A stretch of DNA of 64,000 nucleotides, from assembly GCA_034780895.1 (NCBI GenBank), contig JAUZTB010000077.1, positions 11,955,615 to 12,019,614 on the forward strand. Direction: 5' to 3'. The stretch is from Rhynchobatus australiae. Taxonomy: Eukaryota. A program made the position numbers and the translations under genes. The notes beneath the pieces were generated by a model. The model searched no databases. It was given only the letters and a program-made list of their open reading frames with translations, and was not told where the DNA came from. Within the stretch, counting starts at the first letter, position 1. Each line of letters begins with the position of its first letter. Shown piece after piece: positions 12,701 through 25,380 of this stretch.

Positions 12701-14679
12701 CTAGGAATATTCATCTGGCCAATAGGCTCCACCTCCTACCTTCTGGGCATTAGGCAAATTTTCCCTCAATTTATCAGGTAAGGCATGGTTAGCCGATCAG
12801 CCAAATCAGTAACCAAACTTAGTTCAACACAGCAATTACACCCAAGACTCTCCTGGCCTGACGAATACCCACAGTTTAACCTTCTGCTTCCTTGAACTTC
12901 AAAAATCATTTCAGATGATTGACCTAAAATAAGCAACACATCCCCACTTAGTCACTTCACCTGAATCAACTGGCAACTTAAACAGGTTCATTAAGATCAT
13001 GAAAGCATGAGAAAATGCCTTGAATCTTTTAGGAAAGTACAAAGGTGACTACGCCATAGAAGTATTTAACTGTAATGCACCTTGGAAAGTATAGAAATCA
13101 CCACGTGACATACAAATGCAAAAGTGTTAATAAAAATATGTATAATTCACCCTTGCTTAATTTCTTATGCTAAAAAATGGAAATAGAAATGGAAAATTAT
13201 TATTGGGTTAAATTTTCAGGATTGCACAAATTTAGGAGTGTGGGCCAGACAATTCATCGATAACAATATATCATGAAAAGCTTGCTTTGAGCACTTGCCC
13301 AAATATAAAAAGTAAATGTGCGTTAATCAATAATTTTTTTATACTTATACAAGTCAGGGGAATTTTAATTACGGTTACATCACTTGGTAAGGAAAAAATT
13401 AAAATTATAAATACAATCTCTTTGGGATCTCTCTGCTCTATTTAAAGCTTTGGTTGGTGGTTGATGTACTGATGAGATATATCTCATTATTATACATTTC
13501 GTCAAGAAGATATGGACATGAACGGACCCATTACCAGTCACTCTGTGAAAGTGAGGATTAAAAAAATATAAAATCGACATCTATCAAAGTCAGGTTCTTT
13601 TGAAACAAAAACAGGTTCTGCCAAATCCTAACTTCTTTAGCCATATTTTGTGGGAATCTACAGGATAACTGCCCAATTACAGAATGAATTCAATGCTGGG
13701 AGTCTATTTGCAAGCATCTTAAGGACCTGTTATCACGGACAGCTTTCAGATTTGTGTTTAGCTGTACATATATGGCTGCGAGATGTGTCAAATTTTCCCC
13801 ATTTTTAAATTCAGGCCAAAATATTAAGCACAATTTTGAGCATTAAGTTTTAAAGTTATGACACTACACAACTAATATGAAGTGTGCATGTATTTGTTGG
13901 GGGTGGGGAGTGGTGGAGGTGTGTGGAAGGAGGCTGCTGAGAAATGGAGGCTGTGGGGTTGGTAGTGTATAATGGGTGGAGGAGAAACTGTCAACGACAG
14001 ATAATGAAGAGCTCGTCAAAGATCATCACCTCTTAAATATCAAAACTCAGGGAGAGAGAAAAAAAACTGTCCATACTATGTGTCCACGAGATATGAAATG
14101 ATTTCTGCTATATTGATCCACTGCCCAGGGGCACTTTCTGTAGGCTGCCTCTAACAACCTCCCAATCTTCTTCAATATTGGCAGAATAAGACACTATACT
14201 TAAAATCAATTTTCAATACCACAGAAAAGAACGAGATTCAGCAAGACAAACAAGCCAACAATGAGAAAGAGCTTTCAAATTCTTAAGGTCAAACACAATG
14301 ACCTGTGTACAACATTCCTAATGATTTAACAGTCTGCAATGAAGCAATTGCTTCAGTGCACTGCTAGAGTGGATTGTCCTCCAAACTTGCTACCCTGTCA
14401 TTTCATAGAATTTTTATGGGCTCCATTTTAGGAACTTTGCACATGATAGAAATGATCAAACTTCGATTTATCAAACGAAAGGTGAAATAATTTTCTAGTG
14501 CCTTAACTCTGAATATTATCAGTCATAATTTTTCATGTTTTAAAACCACTGACACAATGGATTGACAATTTGTTCTCCTTGAATTAAAAGGACTCATCAA
14601 TTGTAACACCAATTTCCTTTCCTTTTACAGCCAGCTGTTTAACTAGACTTGTGCCAAGTCTTAGAAGGAAAGGATGGAG

Positions 14680-14895
14680 GTGGGTGCATAATCCCACACC
14701 TGGAACTTGAGCACAAATGTTAAGGTTAATGCCCCCAGTGACTATTGAGAGAGTGCTGCAGTCATATTAACTATCTTTCACATCTTAAATGGAGGTCCTG
14801 ACTGCTGCCTCAAGTGTTCAACAAAAAAAATTGTATGGCACTAGTTTGCTGAGTTGGGTTCAGGGACCCAATATAAAACCAGCATCACAAAAACG
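14680..14895 (+). mobile_element. SacSINE1/Deu-domain SINE remnant (5' half)
   Basis: aatcccacacctggaacttgagcacaa...cccagtgactattgagagagtgctgca...atggcactagttt. Confidence 0.55.
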
Positions 14896-15098
14896 GTGTG
14901 GGATGGAGGTATTCTGTGACAGGTTGCCAAATCTGTGAAGGGGAAACTCCATTGTGAAGGTGTTGCTTCTCTTGCAGTTACATACAAGAAAAGGGTGGGA
15001 TGGAGCAAAAACCTGCAGATGCTGGAAATCCAGAAGCAAAATTTAAAAATGCACGTAGCACTCAGCAAGTCAAACAGTACCCATGGGGAGAAAAACAG

Positions 15099-15135
15099 AG
15101 TTGACGTTTCAGTTCAGGAACTGTTCATCAGAACT
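15099..15135 (-). ncRNA. Minimal type-I hammerhead ribozyme-like motif in a Penelope terminal repeat
   Basis: Minus strand reads agtt-CTGATGA-ac-agttc-ct-gaact-GAA-ACGT-C-aact. It has an intact CUGANGA and GAAA core, a GUC cleavage triplet, helix I agtt/aact, helix II agtt(c)/(g)aact and a palindromic helix III ACGT. There are two extra nucleotides after A9. Confidence 0.55.
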
Positions 15136-16302
15136 GGAAAAATTAGTGGAATTTAAGTTGTAAAGAAGGTAGAGAGAACATAGGGAATGTCTGTGATCTA
15201 TCAGTTGTCAGGGTAACAATTACTGTAAAACAAAAAGGCAAAGAGGAAGGAAAAAATAAATTGAAAAGGTACAGCCATATCTGTCAAGGGAGAAAATAAT
15301 GAAAAAAGGATAGTTATCGGAAATTGTAAAATTTAATACAAGAACTTCGCAACATGCCCTGACAGATGAGGTGTTCCTTAAGATTACATTGGGTATCACT
15401 GGAATGATACAATAACTCAAAAAGACAGACTTCAGAATGTGAATGCAATAGAGAATTAAAGTGACAGGCAACTGAAAATTCAGGGTCTCTCACTCTTTCT
15501 AGGGACCCTCCCTCAGGATCAAATTCTTATGGGCTGAACTAAGGTATTCTACGACAGGTTGCCAAATCTGTGAAGGGGAAACTACATTGTGAATACTGAA
15601 TGCAATTTACTGAATTCAAAAAATTGCAAATGAATTGCTGTTTCACATCCAAGGACTGTTTGGGTCCATGGATTGTGGAAAAGTAAAAGAGAAGGTGTTG
15701 CTTCTCTTGCAGTTACATACAAGTGCCATGAGAAGGGACACATTTGGTGGCAATAGGATCATGGAGTCATGGAGAGAACATTTTCATGTGGTCCATATCT
15801 GACTATTCCCATCCTTGATATTTCCATCTCAGTCTCAGGGGACAAGTTAGCAACCAATACCCACTCCATTTAGTTCTCCTTGTTTCTCATCTGTATTGTA
15901 TCTGTTATGATCAACAGCTTTCTTTTTCTTTCACATGGCTTCCACACTACCACAGTTTACAGAAATCACAACTGGGCTTCCTTCATTTTCCACACCTGGT
16001 TTCACCTTCTCTCCTCCCAGCCAGAACAAGGAACAAGTACCCCTCCATCTTTAGCTTCCATCCCACTAGGTTCCACATTCACCAGCTTCAATGAGAGTTC
16101 ATCACTAGACACATCTTCCACTCGCTCCTTTTCAGCACTCCAAAGGGGTCATTCCTTCCTTGTCTGCTCTTCCACTTCCATTAACCACTCCGCTGCTTGC
16201 AGCACTTTCCCTTGCAACTCCGATGTAGGGGTTGCCACACTTGCTATTTTACCTCCTGTTCTTCCACCATCCAGAGACCCAAACAATCCTTCAAGTATGC
16301 TT

Positions 16303-17470
16303 AAGAACACAAGAAACAGGAGTAGACCATGTGGCCCTTTGGGTTTCCTCCACTATTCATCGAAATCATGGTTGATTTTATACCTTAGTGCAATTTTCTG
16401 ACACTAACCCCATAATTTCTCGATTCCCTTAATGCCAAGAAATCTGTTGATCATTGTTTTCCAATAACATCATGGCTGCTTCCACATTTGTTTGGATCGA
16501 GAATTCCAAATGTTCACCACCCCTAGCGAAGAAATTACTTCTCATCGTAGTACTTCACCAGACTCCCTATAAGGCAAGTTCATTCCATCTTAGGTAAGAC
16601 AGCCAAAACTACATACAAATGTTCCTGGTGTGGTTTCACCAAGCCCTAAACAATTGCAATGAGACTGCCTTNNNNNNNNNNNNNNNNNNNNNNNNNNNNN
16701 NNNNNNNNNNNNNNNNNNNNNNNNNNNNNNNNNNNNNNNNNNNNNNNNNNNNNNNNNNNNNNNNNNNNNNNNNNNNNNNNNNNNNNNNNNNNNNNNNNNN
16801 NNNNNNNNNNNNNNNNNNNNNNNNNNNNNNNNNNNNNNNNNNNNNNNNNNNNNNNNNNNNNNNNNNNNNNNNNNNNNNNNNNNNNNNNNNNNNNNNNNNN
16901 NNNNNNNNNNNNNNNNNNNNNNNNNNNNNNNNNNNNNNNNNNNNNNNNNNNNNNNNTGCTGGTCTTCAGTGACTTCACATTTAAAGCCCTCCAGAACATC
17001 GACACTAGCCAATCTCTTATCATTTATCAAATATTCTGCTTTTCTGTTAGGTGAACCGAAGTGGATGACCTCACATTTTTCCATACATTTCGTCCAGCTC
17101 ATCTATATCCCCTTGAAGCTTAAGTGCTCCTTTGAATCACAATCAGGCCTAGGCCAGTATTGTCAGCAAACTTGGAAATATGACATATTGTCCCTTGGTC
17201 AATCATTACTGTTAATCATGAATAGCTGGAGCCAAGCACAGATACCTTTGGTACCCCATGTCACAGTCTGCCAACCCAAGGAGGTTCTGTTTATTCCCAT
17301 TCTTACTTTGTGTCCAATAACCAATTCTCAATCCATATCAATACTTTACTCCCAAACCCACGTGCTCTAACCTTGTTATCCCTGGTCAATCTAATCAAAA
17401 GCCTTCCAGGAATCCAACAATTAGGTACATCCTCAAAGAGCTCCAATAGATTAATCAAACATAATTTTTC
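16303..17470 (-). mobile_element. CR1 (HER1-like) LINE fragment nested in the Penelope element
   Basis: Minus-strand ORF2 remnants (KCEVIHFGSPNRKAEYLINDKRLASVDV; SKFADN at about 17160-17175) and an antisense tail aagaacacaagaaacaggagtagaccatgtggccc. Confidence 0.85.
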
Positions 17471-19999
17471 CTTCATAGTTTAGTGCACTGCATTCAGTCC
17501 TCGTGATAGAATCTCTTAGATACTGAAGAAAGCAAACGAAGGTGGGTGACTGTTTCACTTCAGTCCACAAAGGCAACCCTGAGCATCCAATCACCTGTCA
17601 AATTAAGTTTCTGTCCAACTCTGCACTCACTGTCTTAGGCCACCACTCATTCCTCCAACAATATCCAGAGAGTTCAAGGAACAGCATCTCATCTTCTGTC
17701 TGGGAATGCTGCAGTCCAAGGAGCTCAATATTGAACTTAACTTGAAGCAACATCCATTTTCCCCACTCTCCATAGACTAGCTATACCTGTCTGTTTCAAT
17801 TAATTTTCTTCTCTTCCTTCTCTATCGTACAATTTTTCTATCTTTGTTTCGCCCCGTATCTCAGTTAACTCCAAGTGTCCCCAATATGTGGGGNNNNNNN
17901 NNNCTCCCCCCTCCCCACTCTCTGACCTAATAACACAATTTTGTTTCATCTTTCCAGCATTTTTCTATTTTTGATTCTGGATAAGGTACCTTACCAAATT
18001 ACCTTACCTTTCAAAAGTACTCAGTTGATTCAACAGCATTTTGGACAACCCTCAGGCCATGAAAGCTACCAAAATAAAGATTTTCTTCCTTTTTGTATAT
18101 TGTAACATGATAGGGATCATTTAGTAGTGTCAATTACACTACAAGTACAGCATCAGCATGAAAAAGTTCTGCTTTGTAGTAACATAGTATAAATGCAGAA
18201 AATCTGCAATAAGAGTTGACCCAACACCACATCAGAATGACACTGTGTGGTATTCAGAGTCTCACTCAGCTTCATTTTCATCATGTCCCAACTATTTTGA
18301 TAATGTAACAAGAACATCACAATATACTGAAACAACCGTACAATGACACTTTTTGTTGGTAGATACACCCTTTGCATACAATGTTATACAAAGTCAAAAA
18401 TACTCTATTTTCGGCAAAGATTAAATACTTTTCAAGCATCCAAAAACAAACAACAGAAAGTAGGTTTCCAGTAAATACTCCTCTATGGAACTGCCATTAA
18501 TTTTTTCAAAACTAAGAAACCCACGCATGTGGATCATATACCAATATTTTACAAATTTATCTTTGAAAGAAAAATGAGTAATTTCCAATTAACTGAGAAG
18601 TGTACAATCGAAAAGGCAAATTTTACATTGCGAAGCATGGACTACAAGCACAGAAAATAAAAACAACTTTACAATTTAACCAATGAAATGCCCACAGTGA
18701 AGAGAGCTATTCAAAACCGCACCACTATTTTAACTACGGCACTGGAAACAGAATACAACTTGACAGATGGCACCAAACTTGTCATGCTATTATTGTATTT
18801 GCTAACACCAATCANNNNNNNNNNNNNNNNNNNNNNNNNNNNNNNNNNNNNNNNNNNNNNNNNNNNNNNNNNNNNNNNNNNNNNNNNNNNNNNNNNNNNN
18901 NNNNNNNNNNNNNNATTTGCTAAAACCAATCACAACTGACCAAAATCACATGCTTTTGAAGCATCCATTATGTCACATCAGTTCATTTTCCACCACTAGA
19001 TACCTTATGTATAATGTGACCTTCTTTCTTTACAATAGTTTTAACAACACAAGGAACATCTTTTCAGACCAAAACATCTTAAATGGTGCTCAGAAAAGCT
19101 GACTAGGGAGACAGTTGTTAGGAAGGCAACTTTAAGTTGTTGCTCACATCAAAGTTTAACAAAGATAAATACTTCTTCAATCATTCACTACTCTCAGAAA
19201 CATGTCCCCCAATTAGTAATTGCTTCTAAAGTCCATAAAATGCAGCTCAATGGACAAAATTCAGAAACTCAGGCATAAACAGACAAGTGTTTTTCCAATT
19301 ATTAAATGGCAAGATTAAACAAGCAAGCATCCATTTCATAGGAAAACAAGGAAAAATACATGAAGAATGTTGTAATGTATGGGAAGAAAGATGCACTGGT
19401 TTATCACAGGTGTAAATAAATTGATAAATTGGTTTATTATTATCACTTTGTTTTGCATGCCATCCAAACAAATCATTTCATCACATCAATGTATTGAGGT
19501 AGTACAAGGTAAAATAATAACAGAATGAAAAATAAAGAAAACAAGGTGTTATAGGTTGCTAAGAATTCATTGGGGGGGGGTGGAGAGGGAAAAAAAAAGG
19601 AATCAGAAAATGCACAAGAACAGTTCTGGATAAACTCATTATCTTCAATGGCAGAAGAGAAGCTATATTTTCCTTTCATAACCAGAGCAGATCTCAAAAT
19701 GCTTCACAGGCAAGGAAGTAGTTTTGTAGTAACTGCAGTAGGGTAGGATACACAGCAGCCAGTAGTACTGTCCAGCTCATGACAGAATAGTGATTTAATA
19801 TCTTTGAATAGTTTAATTTGTACATCCGACAAACAATATCAATGCCAGAACAAGACTGCCTCAGTACAAATTTATTTATGCAAAATAATTTATTCATAAA
19901 ATTTGCAAATCTAGAACACTCCTATGCACAGTCCAAGATGTTTCATTTGATAAGATAGTTACATTACATCAGCAAGGCGTTAGTTCTTCTTTCACATAC

Positions 20000-20740
20000 A
20001 TTCCATAAATGATACCAACAAAAGATTTTCATAAACGTTCCCACTCCTCAAGGTGTAATGGCAGGGAGGCCCTAAACTACGTTTGTTCCCCATGAAGACT
20101 GTGGCAACTGCACCAAGTTTAAGTGTACCTCTCAGCACATAGTCCTGCATCCTCCAACATGCCAGCTTGCAACATTCAACTGTGGACAGCTCCTTACACT
20201 GGGAAACAAATACATTTTGGAAGGGCAACTAATTATCCGGCAGCAGTTGATATTGTCTCAGCGTGTGTCCCCTGCAAAAGCCCATGGATCACAAAGTTCT
20301 GTGTCACACAGCTCCACAGGTGACCCTGACAAAGACCAATGCAGCACCCTCCAGCTTTCTGGCAAACACACATTCCAGGAAGAGATGGATGACTGTCTCA
20401 TCCTCACAGCTGCCTCAGCACATTGTAGTACTCAGATTCTGGGTATGTATGGAAGGCGCTACTCAAAGTTAACCAAGCAAGGTCCCGAAAGCTCCTGTGA
20501 CAAGGCATTCTAGTAAGTGACTTTGATAGTGTGCTCAGGGAGCCATCTGATAGGATCTGCCACCTCTTTTAACCACCAGGCCTCAAGGACATCTCATGAA
20601 GACCACTGCCTAATCAACTAACAGTCCAATATTTTCTCCCGCACTCTCTTTTCTGTGAGGGGCAGTTGACATAACATGATCCACCTGAATGGAATGTTCT
20701 GCAGCAAGTGGCCAGACCCATCCTTTGCAACACCAAAGAT
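20000..20740 (-). mobile_element. Tx1-clade LINE ORF2 3' remnant
   Basis: Minus-strand peptide NVFVSQCKELSTVECCKLACWRMQDYVLRGTLKLGA matches the fish Tx1 ORF2 C-terminus pattern. A degenerate zinc-finger region (ETVIHLFLECVFARK) lies at about 20357-20400. Confidence 0.75.
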
Positions 20741-20764
20741 AGATTAAACCTTTGAGTACAGATT

Positions 20765-21310
20765 ACCAGATCTGGAGTCCTTTATGCAGTTTTGGTCCCA
20801 ATATTTAAGGAAGGATATACTTGCATTGGAGGCAGTGCAGAGAAAATTCACAAGTTGATTCTTGAGATGAAGGATTGACACATAGAGGTTGACTAGATTG
20901 GGCATATATTCATTGTATTTAAAGAAATGATAGAGGATCTTATTGTCACATGTAAGATTCTGGGGGAGGGAGAGATTCAACAGGGTCAAAGTCGAGAGAA
21001 TATTTCCCAAAATGAGTACATCTATAATTAGGGAATGGTTTCAGAATAAGGGGTTACCTATCTAGGACAGAGAAAAGGAGGAATATCTTCTCTCAGAGAA
21101 TTGTAAGCTTTGCAGTTCTCTACCCCAGAAAGCTGTGGAGGTGGAGTCATTGAATATACTCAAGGTAAAGATTGACAAGTATTTGACTTACAGTGGAGTC
21201 ACGGAAGCACGAGTGGNNNNNNNTGTCAAGTCCAAGATCTGATCAGCCACAATCCTATTAAATTTATAGGTGGAGCTGACTCAAAAGGGCCTGTATCTTA
21301 AACGTTTTGT
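20765..21310 (+). mobile_element. CR1 LINE 3' fragment
   Basis: ctggagtcctttatgcagttttggtcccaatatttaaggaaggatatacttgcattggaggcagtgcagagaaaattcac (QFWSQYLRKDILALEAVQRKFT), then a CR1 tail. Confidence 0.85.
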
Positions 21311-21358
21311 GTTCTCAGCACAGTGACACGGTGTCAAGGACTTTACACAGCTTAATGC

Positions 21359-21403
21359 ATCAGGCAAAAAGTTAACCATCAGGAAAAAAGTTAACCATCA
21401 GGA
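21359..21403. repeat. 19-bp tandem duplication
   Basis: atcaggcaaaaagttaacc atcaggaaaaaagttaacc atcagga. Confidence 0.8.
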
Positions 21404-22502
21404 TGAGGGCTATCTCGAGTTCATTCCAACCACCCCCATCCCCCACTCAACAAAAAAACTTTCTCTGGAGATGTGTAATTCACGTCACTTGCTTGTAAGT
21501 GCTCAGACGAGATTGCATACTCCAATTCCTATTTAAATTCACAAACTTTGGTCACAAAGGTGAAAATATTACCATTTAACAAGTATGACACCAGGAACAA
21601 GAAATCATTAAGGGCTTAGTTACTTGAGAAACCACAGCTTTTTATTTGTGTTATTTTAGCAGTGCAAGCAACCTACTTTAAAAAAATCATTGGCCGATTC
21701 CTAGCTTTTAAAGCAGGGATAAATTAGATATTCCTTGCTTATTTCAATTATCACATGAAAGCGCCAAAGGTGGTCGTAAAAGGAAAAGATTAGAAATAAA
21801 GATTAGAAGAATTACACTTGCATTGGTGAAATATATTGGGCCACTCTGTCAGTGAAAGGATTTCTCATTGAGAACAATAATTTTAAAAATTGTATGGAGA
21901 GAAGGAAGNNNNNNNNNNNNNNNNNNNNNNNNNNNNNNNNNNNNNNCAATATTTCATAATGAAGCAGGAACAATATTTTGTACAATCATTAGCATGCACA
22001 TCTAAACATACATCAGCAGGATTTAATACTGCAAAATCACTCTTCAGAGAAGAGGCATTATATCACTGTTGACAAACTAAATTGAATAAATTTATACAAA
22101 CACAGGCATTAAAAAATAATGAGCAACCATTAAAACTGGCAACAGTTCAACTGTCAACATGCAATATTTTAGAAGTGAAATCTTACAATTGCCAAGACTG
22201 GGTGCCATTGTCAACCTGAGTAATGTCATATTCTTACTACTAAGCACCCATGCACCAAATAAGGAAAACAGAAGGAAGTAATGCAGTTTGCAAGCAACAC
22301 AATGCAAGAGGACTAAATATAGAGCAATTGGATTGGGAAGTAGCAGATATAGTTTAATGTGGAAAAAACACAAACTGACCAAAGTGCAGAAACTATTGTG
22401 CAATTCTATGAACTAAAGGAATTAGATCACAACAAAGAGAAAGGATTTGGAACAAACTGAACAGCACAATCTATAGAGGCTAAGCAATCAAACAAGTTCA
22501 AA

Positions 22503-23196
22503 AAACACACACCAGTCTTCATTGAGGGATCAGCTGTGGACAGGGTGAGCAGTTTCAAGTTCCTGGGTGTCAACATCTAAGAGGATCTATGTTGGGCCCA
22601 ACACACTGATGCAATCACAAAGAAGGCATGCCAGTGGCTCAACAACAATTGGAGCTTGAGGTATGTCACCNNNNNACCAAAGACTCTTTCAAATTTCTAC
22701 ACATGTACGGTGGAGAGCATTCTGACTGGTTCCATCACCGCCTGGTATGGAGCCTCCAATGTGCAGGATTGAAAGAAGCTGCAGAGGGTTATAGACTCAG
22801 CCAGCTCCATCACGGACACAACCCTCCCCACCATCAAGGACATCTTCAAGAGGCAGTGCCTGCCAAATGTGGTATCCATCATTAAGGATCCTCACCACCC
22901 GGGTCATACCCTCTTCATGTTACTACCATCAGGGAGGAAGTACAAGAGCCTTATTTTCTGAAAATCTAGGTTTTTTCTTCTGACTAGGACCCACATTCAA
23001 CCTTTCAGGAACAGCTTCTTCTCCTCTGCCAGATTTCTGAACAGTCTAAGAACTCATGAACACTACCTCATTATTCCTCTTGCATTATTTATTTATTTTG
23101 TTAACTTATAGTAATTTTTATGTCTTGCACTGTATTACTGCTTCAAAACAACAAATTTCTTGATATACATCAGTGATAATAAACCTGATTCTGATA
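22503..23196 (+). mobile_element. Rex1/Babar-clade LINE, 5'-truncated
   Basis: Collinear with 53500-54154 (IEGSAVDRVSSFKFLGVNI; FYTCTVESILTGSIT; SIIKDPHHPGHTLFMLLPSGRKY). Tail ..gtgataataaacctgattctga. Confidence 0.9.
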
Positions 23197-24064
23197 CCTA
23201 GTCAGAAGATAAAACTAGATTTTCAGAAAATAAGGTGGCTTTACAAAGTATTGGTCCAGCCCACCTGGAAAACAAACACTTCTCATCACTTTCTTCCATC
23301 ATGTCAATATATGAGAGAGTACATTGCCTACAATAGCCTGTGGTCATCCTAATGTACCAATGTTCCCAAAGTCGAATTTAAATTTAAAAGGATCTTAACA
23401 GTAAAAACTTAGCTAACGAAGAAAGTACAATCAACATATAAATCAAACTATGAGAGGCCACGGCAATTGATACTTCTGGTAATTTCAAGAGAAAGCTGCA
23501 GTTAAAGGTAAATGAGATTCAGGAGATCCCTCCAGAACTAAACCCTACTTAACTAACACTACAGTTCTTCCCCCACCTGCCCCCCACTCCACGTTCAAGC
23601 ATAATGTATATGAGAACTAAGAATTCTGGTTCATACTGGAAGATCTAAAGTGCACAAGAACAACCAATGAAGCTTCTCGCTATTACAACAGTCTGCTCAA
23701 TACAGGCAGGGTAAGGGAGAATCACACTCATTGAACCAATATTGGACAGTTTCAATGCAGATTCTGGAATCTTGATGCGACGAGGTAGCACTGAATTACA
23801 GCTACTGTACTGCAAACAACAATGCTTCCCTATTGCCAGTCCATTTTCATGATGAAAGACGACTAGGTGTGTTGAAGGAGCTCATGGCTTTTGAGTTAAA
23901 TGCACATGCAAGAGCACTAATTTTGCTTCAAAATCTCATCTAAAATTAACCTTTCACATTCTTAATTACAGAAAATACACAACAAAAGAGATGGTATTTT
24001 GAAGTGGAAGATGCCCACATGTAATCCCTTTAATGCAAATTTGTCACTGCACACCAAGCTAGCT

Positions 24065-24935
24065 GCTAAGTTGGGGGGGAAGGCCAATTACAACACTATT
24101 TGACAGAAACTGGAGGAAGTAGATTGGGGGCAAATTCACATCCAAAGGGAGGATGAAAAATAAGGATGGCAAGGTTCAGGAATGTTGGATGACAAGGTAT
24201 TGTAAGTTCAGTCAAAAAAAACATATGCATGGTTTAGGAAGCTGAAGTCAGACAAATACCTTGAGGAATATAAAGGAAGCAGGAAAGAACTTAAACAAGA
24301 AATTAGGAGGGCTAAAAGGGGCTATGAAATGTCTTTGGCAAGTAGGACTAACGAGAATCCCAAGGTAATTTTATATCTGTATTAGAAGCAAGAGGGTAGC
24401 AAGGGAATGCATGGGTCCACTCAAGGGGAGGGAATATATATGTGGAGCCAGAAGAAGTGGGTGAGGTCCTTATTAAGTACCTTGCATCGGTATTCACCAA
24501 GGAGAAGGACATGGAAGATGGTGAGATTAGAGAGGGGCATGTGAAAATTCCAGAGTATGTAGATATTGAGGAGGTGATGTTGTGTGTCTTGAAAAACATT
24601 AAATGTGGATGTCCCCAGGGCCTAATGATATCTATCTCAGGATACTGAGGGAAACATGAGATGAGATTGCTGGGGCTGTGACAGAGATCTTTGTGGGCAA
24701 GGTGCCAGAAGACTGGAGAATAGCCAGTTTGTTCCTTTACTTAAGGGCTAAAGGGAGAGACCAGGAAATTATATACCAGTGATCCTTACACCGTGGGAGG
24801 GAAATTATTGGAGAAGATTCTTAGGGGCAGGATTTACTCACATTTGAAAAAAACATGGACAGTCAGTGTGGCTTTGTGCACAGGAGGTCCTCTCTCACAG
24901 ATTTGATTAAGATTTTTGAGGAAGTGACAAAGCCA
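24065..24935 (+). mobile_element. CR1 LINE ORF2 internal fragment (linker and start of RT)
   Basis: EPEEVGEVLIKYLASVFTKEKD..; ..KVPEDWRIA..; ccaggaaattatataccagtgatccttaca (PGNY-PVxLT); degenerate QCGFVHRRSSLTDLIKIFEEVT. Confidence 0.85.
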
Positions 24936-24989
24936 AGGAGTTGGATATAGTATTGAGAACTGTGCAATCATGAACAAAGATCCTCAATT

Positions 24990-25380
24990 CCAAGCTCAAT
25001 TTGTCAGCAAATGAACTAAGTCCATGCATGCAGCAAGACCTAATTATTATTCAGACAAAAGCTGTTAAGTGGCAAGTAACATTTGGTCCACCAGTGGACC
25101 AGGCAATGTCCATCCAGCAAAAGAAAGTCAAGCCACCGACCCTTAATATTCAATGGCATAACTATTGTCAAGCCTCTCACCATCAAAATCCTAAGAAACA
25201 CTGAAGAAGTTGGCTGAGCCAAGGAGACTACCCTGAAGAACTCCTGAAGTGATAACCTAGGGCAGGAAAGATTAACCACAACCATCTTCTTTCGTCTGTG
25301 ATGTGACTCCAACCAAAGGCACATTTTACCAGGGTCATTTGACGCCACAGAGTCAAACACTGCCTTGATGAAACTGTTAC
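24990..25380. mobile_element. Two LINE RT fragments in opposite orientation (CR1/L2 group)
   Basis: Plus strand about 25000-25190: MQQDLIIIQTKAVKWQVTFGP..QAMSI. Minus strand about 25200-25380: IKAVFDSV..WLESHHRRKKMVVV, and ggagttcttcagggtagtctccttggc (GVLQGSLLG). Confidence 0.65.

Larger units (their letters stand above)
15008..17980. mobile_element. Decayed Penelope-like element in inverted two-part arrangement (minus part about 15008-15790; plus part about 15790-16300 and 17480-17980), interrupted by a CR1
   Basis: Terminal repeat gcagatgctggaaatc..ctcagcaagtcaaacag. The plus part carries degenerate RT C-terminus and GIY-YIG endonuclease remnants (LDISISVSGDKLATN; TIQRPKQSFK; SVHKGNPEHPITC; EQHLIFCLGMLQSKELNIEL). 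The same motifs occur antisense (caaggactgtttgggtcc at about 15650). Confidence 0.75.

Noticed and set aside
15880-16401. 173-aa Ser/Thr-rich ORF
   Set aside because: It is an off-frame reading of decayed Penelope sequence running into a CR1 tail.
18797-18932. atttgctaa[c/a]accaatca repeated on either side of a gap
   Set aside because: Same gap-flanking overlap artefact.
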